From positions 74,958,001-75,022,000 of the forward strand of contig NC_043000.1 of assembly GCF_006345805.1 (NCBI RefSeq): 64,000 bases of DNA, read 5' to 3'. The notes below the pieces were generated by a model. The model had not been told where the DNA came from. It worked only from the letters and a program-made list of their open reading frames with translations, and did not search any database. Position numbers and translations under genes: made by a program. Positions 13,251 to 24,222 of this stretch are shown one piece after another (positions within the stretch are counted from its first letter, which is position 1; every line of letters starts with the position of its first letter). The stretch is from Octopus sinensis. Taxonomy: Eukaryota.

Positions 13251-13424
13251 CATAAACCCCTTATTAGTTCTTTTCATTATTCTGTCTATTTCATTACCAT
13301 GTCACCATGTAAATATAGTTTCAATAGTTTTGTCTTCTTCATCTGGTTCGCCAGTCAAATCGTCCAACCCATGCTAGCATGGAAAGCAGACATTAAACGA
13401 TGATGATGATAAATATATATATAA

Positions 13425-13790
13425 GCACAGGTGTGACTGTGTGGTAAGGAGTTTGCTTCCCAACCACATGGTTCCAGGTTCACTTCCACTGTGTGGCACC
13501 TTCAGCAAGTATCTTTTGCTATACCCTCGGGCTGACCAAAGCCTTGTGAATGGATTTGGTAGATGGAAACTGAAGGAAGCCTGTAGTGTTGTGTGTGTGT
13601 GTGTATGTATTTATGTATGTGTGTCTGTGTTTGTCCACCTGCCATTTGCTTGACAACCAATGCTGATGTGTTTACATCCCAGTAACTTAGCAGTTCAGCA
13701 AAAGAGACTGCTAGAACGAGTACTGGGCTTACAAAGAATAAGACTTGGGGGCGATTTCTTTGACTAAAACCAATCAAATGATTGAAACAA
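13425..13790 (+). mobile_element. tRNA-derived SINE with internal (GT)n
   Basis: tRNA-like head GTGTGACTGTGTGGTAAG..GGTTCCAGGTTCACTTCC; same family as 3553-3708. Confidence 0.8.
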
Positions 13791-13810
13791 GTAAAAGAAT
13801 AAAAGAATAT

Positions 13811-14351
13811 TGTTGTAATCCAATGTTGGACTGTTATAATGTCCACTCTGGTATAGCTGTATAGTTAATTAGACAAGTAAGACATGGCCATCTATGACTG
13901 ATTACCCCGTAGGAGGGGGTGTTCCATTATTATCATTATCCCCATAACATCTCCCCTTTTAAGATTTTTTTCTTAGGGAGTATAATAATTTTTATATCAC
14001 CCTACCTTCCTTTTTTGAGTTTTTCTTCATACATCTACAAATTTAATATTTTTTTCATTTAGCATCCACTTCCAGGAACTGTAGACATTTTCTTTTTCTT
14101 TCGCTTGTGTGTCTGGGTTCAATTATTTGTAGTGGCATTGGTACTTGAAAAGTATCATATAACTGTTCCATTGGTTCTTCCATTCTTTTGGGTTCGCTGT
14201 CAACAGATTTTTTTTTATTAATTCATGTGCCTCCTTTTTAGAACTGCTTATTGACAGTAGTGGGTGATGATCTGTTTGTAGACAGAAACTTCTTCCATGA
14301 ATAAATCTATGGAATTTTTTCACACTGAATGATTGCTAATGCTTCCTTTAC
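13811..14351 (-). mobile_element. 3' end of Ty3/gypsy: short RNase H piece, pol C-terminus, PPT and 139-bp 3' LTR
   Basis: On - strand AAAAGGGGAGA (PPT) precedes TGTTATGGGG...TACAACA (13949-13811); ORF 14123-14323 KFHRFIHGRSFCLQTDHHPL. Confidence 0.85.
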
Positions 14352-14370
14352 CACATAAATAGTGCTGAAT

Positions 14371-14500
14371 ACATTCTGTAAAGCATTACGAAGGGCATCC
14401 AGCTACAGAAACCATGCCAAAGCAGACAACAGAGCCTGGAGCAATTCCCTGGCTTGCTAGATCCTGTCAAACCATCTAACCTATACCACGATGGAAGATG
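14371..14500 (+). mobile_element. Short RTE 3'-end remnant
   Basis: GAAGGGCATCCAGCTACAGAAACCATGCCAAAGCAGAC..GATCCTGTCAAACCATC, shared with other RTE 3' ends. Confidence 0.7.
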
Positions 14501-14537
14501 AAATGATGATATATGTGTGTGTGTGTGTATATGTATA

Positions 14538-14569
<32 letters not shown>

Positions 14570-14934
14570 CTATATACACATACATATATATATACATACA
14601 TACATATATATACATACATATTCATATATATGAGTGCACCTTTGATGCAAATTTGATGAAGTGCCACTCTAATGTCTAAAACTGCAAATGTTACATAAAT
14701 TTTCTCTTCAAATTTTTGCGAAAATTAGCATTGTAAGCAGAGTTGGTACAGAAACAGTTGTAATGTATCATTAAAGATGTACTAAGGATTTCTTTGTATT
14801 ATTATTTGGATTATAAGGTATATTTATATATCTAATGTAATAAATGTGAATGTCAGCGTGTCACACTTTTTCAATTTTACTCTTAGAGGCCTTAGCTTCT
14901 ACCATTTATACCATATCATACCATTTTGGAACCA

Positions 14935-15210
14935 GGCTAACTTCATAAGTAAATTAAAAACATTCTGGGCCGAATCTGGATCCACAATCCTGAAATTTTG
15001 GATTCCCAAGTTTTCCTTACTGTAACTGTTTTCGGTGATTTTTTTTACGTGACTTTTTGCAACAAATTTTTTTTTTTTGTACGAAAATAATTTTTATAAT
15101 CTAAAGGCTAATTCTGTGAGTAAATTAAAAAAATTTTGGGTCGAATCTGGACCTGCGATCTTGAAATTTTGGATTCCTATGTTTTCGATAATTTTTTTAC
15201 ATGATTTTTT
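14935..15210. repeat. Two diverged ~170-bp-period direct repeats, probably DNA-transposon subterminal sequence
   Basis: GGCTAA..AGTAAATTAAAAA..TGGG.CGAATCTGGA..GAAATTTT.GGATTCC at 14935 and ~15106. Confidence 0.6.
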
Positions 15211-15352
15211 GGCAACGAATATGATCATCATTGGGATATGATTCTGGAGGAAGCAATTGCAACAAATTCTCCAAACAAGTCAGATCTGTTTGCAGATCTT
15301 TCCATTCTGGGTCAGTTTGCTTAAAAGCTCGTATATATATTAAGCTAATAAT

Positions 15353-17345
15353 ATCATCATCATCATCATCATCAAACCATTTTCCATGCTATCATGGGTT
15401 GGACGGTTCAACCGGGGTCTGGGAAGCCAGGAGGCTGCACTAGACTCCAGTCTGATCTGGCAGTGTTTCTACAGCTGGATGCCCTTCCTAACGTTAACCA
15501 CTATGTGAGTGTAGTGGGTGCTTTTTACTTTCCACAGGTGCCAGGGGAGGCTGGCAACGGCCACGATCGGTTGGTGCTTTTTACATGCCACCGGCACAAA
15601 AGCCAGTCATGGCGCCGCAGGCATTGGCCACAATCAGGTGGTGCTTTTTATGTGCCACTGGCATGAGTATCACAACTACAATTTCCATTTGATTTTTATT
15701 TTGATGTTGATGTACTTGACTCAGTAGGTCTCCTCAAGCACAGCAGGTCGCCCTAAGGTCCAAGGTAAGCACAGCAGGCTGTCCTGCAATCCAAAGTAAT
15801 TTGGATGGGCTGGGGCTGCTATGTGAAGCTGGTGCAGGAAACAGCCATGAACTCATGTTATTTGTAAGGTCTTTGCAGTCACAGAGGTCTCAGTCTTTCG
15901 TCATTGCCTCTGTGAGGCCCAACGTCCAATGGTCATTCTTGACCACCTCATCCCAGGGTTTACCTCTACCCCGGATTCCTTCAACTGTTTGGGAGTGGCA
16001 CTTCTTCACACATCTCTCCTCATCCATCTGTAGTACATGACCATACCAGTGCAGACGTCTCTCTTGCATGCCATATCCAATGCTTCTTATGTCCAGCATT
16101 TCTCTCAGGGTGCTAATACTCCTTTGTGCGTGCACACTGACATTACACAACCAGCGGATCATGCTAGCTTCATTTCTTTCAAGCCTACGCATGTCCTCTG
16201 CAGTCACAGCCCATGTTTCACTACCATGAAGCATGGCAGTTCATACACATGCATCGTACAATCTACCTTTCACTCTGAGCAAGAAACCCTTTGTCACCAG
16301 TAGGAGTAGAAGCTTTCTAAACTTTGCCCAGTCTATTCGTATTCTAGTGGTGACATTCTCTGAGCATCCACCTCCACTACTAACTTGGTCACCTAGGTAG
16401 CGGAAACTATCAACTACTTCTAGTTTCTCCCCCTGGAGTGTGATGAAATCTGTTTTCTGAGTATCTGTGGTGTCTGTTTTCTGAGTATCTGTGGTGTCTA
16501 TTGTCCCTGTGTATCTGCCACACACGAAAGCTATCTTCTCAGTTAATTTTCCTTTGATGTTGCTGCACCTCTTATGCGTCCATAGCTTACACTGGGTACA
16601 TCTTATGGAGTTTCTACCTACATCTTTTCTACAGATTGGAAGGGCCACCTACCTGAGGGGGTGTGTGATGAGTTCACCCTCCTACTTACTATAACTTTGG
16701 TCTTTCCTACATTTACTCTAAGGCCTTTTGATTCTAAACCTAGCTTCCACACCCAAAATTTCTTTTCTAGTTCCAGGGGACCCTGTCAAATGCTCTCTCC
16801 AAGTTCACGAAAGCTAAGTAGAGGGGTTTATCTTTAGCTAGGTATTTCTCCTGCGGTTGTTGAACCAGGAATATGGCATCAGTGGTTTTTCTACCCGGCA
16901 CAAAACCGAACTGCATTTCATCTAAGCAGACTCTCTCCCTGATACGATGGGCTATGACCCTCTCCATGACCTTCTTCACCTGATCCAGCAGTTTGATAAC
17001 CCTGTAGTTATTTCTATCTAGAGCATCACCGTTACCCTTGTAGCAGTTGACTATGGTTCTGCTACGCCAGTCATTGAGTATGACTCCATTATGAACTACC
17101 TGGTTTACAATGCAGGTGACTAGGCCATAGCCCACACCACCAGATGTTTTAAGCATCTAAGCAGTGATTCTTGATGGGGCGGGGGGGGGGGCTTTTCCTG
17201 TCTTCATACCCTTAATTGCTTTATCTACTAGGGAGCTGTCTGTTGGGATAGCTGGTCCCTCTACTGGGTCAACATTTGGCAGGCTCTCCTCCTCCCATTC
17301 ATTCTCCACATTCAGCAGTCTCTCATAATGGCTTCTCCAAGCCTC
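15353..17345 (-). mobile_element. Degenerate RTE LINE with internal deletion
   Basis: (CAT)n tail 15353-15372; ORFs 15890-16234, 16241-16648 (TTDTQKTD duplicated in tandem), 16767-17156. Confidence 0.92.
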
Positions 17346-17354
17346 TTTTCATTA

Positions 17355-18275
17355 AAAGTAGATAGTGAGTTATAAAGTAGCATGAAACGATTATACTGCA
17401 CCAGAATCTGGTATGGTATTATCCATATAAATCAAATGGGGTGATTATAATCAAAATAAGCAACAAGGATATCCAGATGTAGTGCAGTACAATCATTTCA
17501 TGCTACTTTATAACTCACTATCTATTTTATAGCTCAAGTGAAGTACATTCTAAAATCATTAACATGCAGGAAATAAATGATATGTCTAGCATATTCCTTT
17601 AATTTAACTCATTAATACAAATAAATTACTATTTACTAACTAACTATAAATCTATATTAATAATAATTTGATGTATATATTTTTATAAATATGAAATGAT
17701 TTCTATAACTCTCCTAAAATTTATTAGAATCATTTGGAAAAAACTATCTAAAAGATATTTATTTCAAATCACAAGTAGGATTATGACTGTTAAATGGTTA
17801 AGGTATTGGAAGTTTCTATTCTCCCTACCCCACTAGGTTCAGCCTACTAACTTTAGCTAAAAAAAAGAGTTGGATTTATGGCTCTGTCACTTAAACTGCC
17901 TCTTCCTATAAATAGATAAATTCTTGGTTGTCTCCACTGAACTTAATAGAATAAAACCCCCTTCCCAATAGTAAATCTAAATAACAAAGTAAATTCAATG
18001 ATAAGAAATCTACCCATGAGTAAAGGTCATTTACTACCATGTTTCTATTGATGAGATTCACCTCTCTGTCTATATACCTACCCTCTTTGTAATGTTGGCA
18101 AATGGAATAAGTATAAAAATGAATATTGTCAATTTCATTAAAAAATTCCATATGTGGCTGAAGATTGCTCTACATTTTAAAACTGATGTAATACTTACAT
18201 TGTTTAATTAAATGAAGTAGCATGAAACAATTGTACTGCACTACCTTTGGATATCCTTGTTGCTTATTTTGATTA
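17355..18275. repeat. Unclassified AT-rich dispersed repeat, locus 1, with inverted arms
   Basis: AATCAAAATAAGCAACAAGGATATCC at ~17449 and its reverse complement ending at 18275; same sequence at 43332 and 49582. Confidence 0.7.
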
Positions 18276-19700
18276 TATCATCATCATCATCATCGTTTAA
18301 CGTCCGTTTTCCGCGCCAGCACGGGTTGGATGGTTCGACCGGGGTCTGGGAAGCCAGGGGCTGCACCAGGCTCCAGTCTGATCTGGCAGAGTTTCTACAG
18401 CTGGATGCCCTTCCTAATGCCAACCACTCCGCGAGTGTAGTGGGTCCTTTTTACGTGCCACCTGCACAGGTGCCAGGGGCTCCGTCATCGGCCACAATCG
18501 GTTGGAGCTTTTAACGTGCCACCGGCACGGAAGCCTGCCAAGGCGGCGCTGGCAACGGCCACGTTCGGATGGTGCTTTTTATGTGCCACCGGCACAGAAG
18601 CCAGTCGGGGTGGCACTGGCATCGGCCATGTTCGGATGGTGCTTTTTATGTGCCACCGGCACAGAAGCCAGTCTAGGTGGCGCTGGCAACGGCCACGTAC
18701 GGATGGTGCTTTTTATGTGCCACCGGCACAAGCCAGTCGGGGTGGCACTGGCATCGGCCATGTTCGGATGGTGCTTTTTATGTGCCGCCGGCACAGAAGC
18801 CAATCGAGGTGGCGCTGGCAACGGCCACGTACGGATGGTGCTTTTTATGTGCCAGCGGTACAGGTATCACAACTACTATTTCCATTGATATTTATTTCGA
18901 TGTTCATGTTCATGTACTTGACTCAACAGGTCTCCTCAAGCACAGCGAGACGTTCTGGGATCCAGGGTACTTTGAATGGGCAGGGGGCTATGCGGAACTG
19001 GTGCAGGAAGCAGCCCGGGTCTTTGCAGTCACAGCATATGTCCAGAGATCTCGGTCCTTCGCCATTGCCTCAGTGAGGCCCAACGCTCTGAGGTCATGCT
19101 TGACTACCTCATCCCATGTCTTCCTGGGTCTACCTCTCCCCCTGATACCTTCAACTGTTTGGGAGTGGCACTTCTTCACACATCTCTCCTCATCCATCCG
19201 CAGTACATGACCATACCATCGCAAGCGTCGCTCTTGCACACCACATCTGATGCTTCTTATGTCCAGCATTTCTCTCAGGGTGCTTACACTCTGTTGTGCG
19301 TGCACACTGACATTACACATCCAGCGGATCATGCTAGCTTCATTTCTTTCAAGTCTACGCATGTCCTCTGCAGTCACAGCCCATGTTTCACTACCGTGAA
19401 GCATGGCAGTTCGCACACATGCATCATACAATCTACCTTTCACTCTGAGCGAGAGACCTTTTGTCGCCAGTAGGGGTAGGAGCTTTCTGAACTTTGCCCA
19501 GGCTATTCGTATTCTAGTGGTGATATTCTCTGAGCATCCACCTCCACTACTAACTTGGTCACCCAGGTAGCGGAAACTATCAACTACTCCTAGTTTCTCC
19601 CCCTGGAGTGTGATGGAATCTGTTTTCTGAGTGTCTGTGGAGTCTATTGTCCCTGTGCATCCGCCTTTCTGCTTACTATAACTTTGGTCTTTGCTACATT

Positions 19701-19706
<6 letters not shown>
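18276..19706 (-). mobile_element. Young 5'-truncated RTE LINE
   Basis: (CAT)n tail, 3' UTR units 18500-18860, ORF 18988-19443 differs from ORF 11493-11948 at 7 of 151 aa. Confidence 0.95.
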
Positions 19707-19777
<71 letters not shown>

Positions 19778-19849
19778 TACAGACATACATATGTAAATTT
19801 GTTCTGTAAATAATAATAATAATATCTTATAAGCAAACGCTGTGTATTG

Positions 19850-20465
19850 ACTCTTTCCACAGTGAGGGTACTTTAAGTGTTAATATTTACAATGAGAAAA
19901 AACTTAAGCTTATCTAAGGAAGAAGTAAATATACAGGTTGCTAAAAAATCCATAATTGAATTTGAAGGAAAATAGTGGGTAAGGAAAGATAGAGCTGATC
20001 AGTTCAACATTACCATGGCCTCCAGTGATTCTACTCATGTAATGGACTTAATGGGAATATATATTTGAAAATGTATAAACAGTGAATTTGCACAAATGGG
20101 CAGGGGCGAGGGGTGGATTATATAGGGTTGATGCTTCTTTACTGTATATAAATCTAGTAATGTAAATAAAGAAAAATTATGGAAAAAACTCTCTTTAAAT
20201 CATTTTAAGATCTAGTTCTGCCTATTTCCATTGAAAATGAGTATAGTAAGGTTGACTTTCTACCACATACCCAATGATAACCTTAAATGCATAGATAAAA
20301 ACTCGAATCATCCTAAAAATATTACGGCTTCTATCATTAACAATATTTCTCTTCATATATCTAGACTGACCACTAATGAAGAAATATTAAAGAATAATGA
20401 AAGGTTCTATAATAATTCCCTAGCTGAAGCTGGGTATAAAGATAAAATTTATTATATAAATGTGA
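19850..20465 (+). mobile_element. Penelope-like element RT and thumb fragment (pseudogenised)
   Basis: KKSIIEFEGK*WVRKDRADQFNITMASSDSTHVMDLMGIYI, GGLYRVDA and NSNHPKNI..ISRLTTNEE..FYNNSLAEAGY match the PLE pattern FDVTMGS.DGAE.CELVG.YIL / GLYRDD / SNHPP. Confidence 0.8.
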
Positions 20466-20681
20466 GTGTATGTGGTTATGAATGTATGTTTAGCCCCAAA
20501 AGGCTTAGAAACAGTGCTAACTTGAGAAAAACAAATTCAATTTTTGAAATCTGCATCTCACTATCTATCACCAACAATCTCTCTCTCTCTGTTATTTACT
20601 ATACTCTTTGACATACTCTCTTTGCATATGTAATGATTCTCGTGCATAGCTTTCAGTTTGTTAAATTCTGTTCTTCTAATG

Positions 20682-23576
20682 CAGTGTTTCCCAAACTTTT
20701 CGTGCCAAATTACAGTATCACCTACTTCTCAGCCAAAAAATGCTCCGTCATCCACCTGTGTAAAAAAAACCTTTGCACAACCAACACCCCCCACCCCTTG
20801 TATCATTTGACACACACGCTATATCATAGACTTGTTGCCCTGTTAGTGCTGTTTGTACTTTTAGTACAAATATGTGGTTATTGTGGGTTTAGTTTTGTCA
20901 GTGTCAATAAAATTCTAACATTATCTCTATATTTTTCAGACAGATTAACTTCTGAAAACTTGCGCTTTCTTTTACACAGATTTTCATTTTCACAGATGAA
21001 CCATTGATCAGAACTACCGATGCAAAAATAATTAATGATTGTATTATAAAGGAAAAAATTAAACTTTTTAATGAGAACCATGTGTCTGGTGCAATGCAGC
21101 TAGTGCAGATACATTCGGTTTCAAACTTTAGCCACAAATCTCCTCACTGTGTCACATCCAGTTCAATTCTTTTATGGGAAAGTAAAGTTCCACCATGGTT
21201 AAAATCAGATTCAACCAGGTATGAAGTAGGGAAGGCAAGCAAAAGTAATTTCGGATGTTTTCACAGACTGGGGTAGGAATTCAATATACTCTGGTAGAAC
21301 CACAAACCTTTTTGATTACAGCAATGTCACATTATGGTGTCATTGTCATTTTGTAATTGTATCAATTCCTACTGAACATCATCCTCACAATTAACTGCAT
21401 CGACCTTAAACAGATTGCTATACCAATTTAGAATATTCAGCGCAATAACATTTTGAAATCACTCCACCATGTTATTGTGCAATTGTTGTAAATAGCTACA
21501 ATATGTAGTTAAATCCTCATCAACTAATTCAGAATCAAGTTGTAGAAATTGATGAAATTAACATTTTCAAATGTTAGTCATATACAACACCAATTTGGAA
21601 ATGAAAGTAGTGGTAAATGATTTACAATCAAGAGAGTTTTTCTGTTTTCTTGCAATAACTTATTCAAATCATTTAATTTTGTGAATATATCACAAAGAAA
21701 AATGACATTGCACCTTGCAACCATCAATAAAGTGGATAGAGGAGTATCTTCAAAGAAAGATATGATTATATGAAACAGTTCAACAAGGTCTAAAACAGCT
21801 ACTGCACTTCGGTATGGTATAAGAGTTTAGTATGGTCCTCATCATTTCTCGGACAGAGTTGGTAGAAAATTCGATTAAACAAGGGACTGGACTTCAATTT
21901 GTTCACAGTCTTGACAACTAACTGTAGTGCATCATTCAACCTACCATTCATATTTTTTGCCACTAAATGCTGCCAGTGTGCCAAGCAATGAACAGTTAGT
22001 ATCTGGTGGGAAATTTCATGCTTTAGGAGAAATGAAAAACCTCTGTATCTTCCTATCATTGAAGGGACTCCATAAGATAAACAGGCAAAAATATTACTGA
22101 GTGGGAAGGAAAAACTTGAGAGTGTGAAAAAGCAGCAATTTCTCTGTGAAAAGCATTTCCTCACAAGCTTGAAGGTCTTGGCTGAAATACTGAACATATA
22201 CCATCATCAAACATTAATTGTCTACAACAGTTGACTCATCCACTTGTATAGAAAATTCAGAACGCTGGAGAATATTAACGAGCTAATGTTTGACATCATT
22301 GGCCATTTCATTGATGCTTTGAGAAATTATGTTATTACTAAGTGGGATCTTCATAATGTTATTGAGTTTTTCATGCATAACGGTTGACAAAATCGCTTTG
22401 ATAACTGGGCGAAGTAATGTTTCTCCGATTATGTGAAACTTCCCAGACTTAGCAACAAGTAATGCAATATTGTATGATGCAATCAACCCGTCATTCTCCT
22501 GTTTACTAGTTTCCTGGAGCAGCGTGTTGAATGTTTGCATTACAAAACGTATGATAATGGCTTGTCCTTCTTGTCAGAATGCTTTGCATCAAACTGATAC
22601 TTCAAGCATGAAGGTTTCATTGCTTCATTGGTCAACGTTTGATAGCAAAGAAGGCACACATTGGTAACTGACATTTCTGAGGAGAGGGAATAAATCCAAA
22701 TGATAAATAATCACTACTGTACTGTTGACAAATTTTCTTGACTGGTGGCATCAGTAAAGTGAAATTGTGAAAACGAATTTCTACAGATGGCATCAGAAAG
22801 TATGGTATTCCCAAAGAGAAGAAGTCAATAGAATAGAGTCAGATGACACATCTTTACAGAGCAAATACGGATCTAGTTCGTTTGGCTGCCAGCATTTTAA
22901 AAATAAAAGTTTATAGTAAATTTTAAAATTTGGTACATTAATGTACCTTTCCAAGCTAAATTGCTGGTATTATTCAACTTTTACCAGAAAAATGTTTTTA
23001 AAAAGTTATAGAGGTTTAAAGTTTGATCATTTTCACCCAGTCAAGAAACATGATTTCAAAGCTGTCATTTTGTGCGTGACATCCTGAAAATAGCACTTGT
23101 GTTTAGATATGAAACCACAGAATTACACACAACATAACCCCTCATAACTTTTTTTATTTTTTGGAGTTTTCGGGAAATTTTTGTGAATTTGAATTCTACA
23201 CGTGGGACTTCATATGATTATGCCAAAAGAAAAAGAAATTTGTAGTGGAGTGTTATTTAAGGCCTAGGACTATTTGGCTGCTATTTCTAGCATGCATGAC
23301 AACTATCTCAATGACTGACAAAAATATTCAATTGATAAACAAGTCTGTGTTTTTAATACAGTAGTCAAATCGATAAAAATGCATCCTTATTCTAGGCATG
23401 CCTAGATATCAGTAAAAGCAGACTTAATTTCTAAAAATTCATTGTCACCCACAAAATGTTCATATCACCTGCAAAAATCTCAAATTGACCACCATTTTCT
23501 AGAAATTCACCCATCACTGACATGTAAGTTGAAATCACCCACTAGTGGGCAATATCACCCACTTTGGGAAGCTATG
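20682..23576 (-). mobile_element. Buster/Charlie-type hAT transposon with decayed transposase
   Basis: Perfect 8-bp TSD TTCTAATG (20674-20681, 23577-23584; nnnTAnnn); ends CAGTGTTTCCCAAA and (rc) CATAGCTTCCCAAA; - strand IASYNIALLVAKSGK.HIIGETL, YHTEVQ, LLLAFPTSYLVES. Confidence 0.9.
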
Positions 23577-24222
23577 TTCTAATGTTTACTTTCATTTTAT
23601 GGCAGCTATTACATAGAAATCCTGTTTCCTGATTTGGTAAAAATGATCAAACTTTGAACTTCTGTAACATTTTCCTAAAATTTTTCTGGAATATATGAAT
23701 CACAAGCTCAGATTACGCATGAAAAAGTACATCAATATACCAAATTTGAAAATTTTTACTTAATTTTAAAATTTCAAAATCTGTAACAGACAGTTAAGAT
23801 CTCTCACCCTCTATTTCTCTATCTCTTTCATTTTCTCTTGGTAAACTTTCTCACTTTCTATAAAAGTATACTGCTTCCACTGAATGTGTGTGTGTTTGTC
23901 AGTGTATGTGTATGCATGTGTATAAGGAATTTCATTAGGGTGATAGCGATTTAAAAAAGGTATGTAAAAGATAATTTATTTTAATAGCATACTTTTCTGT
24001 TATTAAATATGATTTTCTTACATACACACGTACACACAGATTCACTTGATATGGGATGGTGACCACACTAGTGCTGGTACCACAAAAAAGCATCTGGTAT
24101 ACTCTGTAAAATAGTTGTCATTTGAATGCAGCCATAGAAATCATGCCAAAGCAGACATTGGACCATGATGCAGTCTTCAAATCTGTTGGATCCTGTCAAA
24201 CCATCCAACTCTTGCTGGCAAC

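Noticed and set aside
18500-18860. Regular ~60-bp repeats resembling a CRISPR array
   Set aside because: Units are whole tandem copies without unique spacers, sit in a LINE 3' UTR, and there are no cas genes in a eukaryotic context
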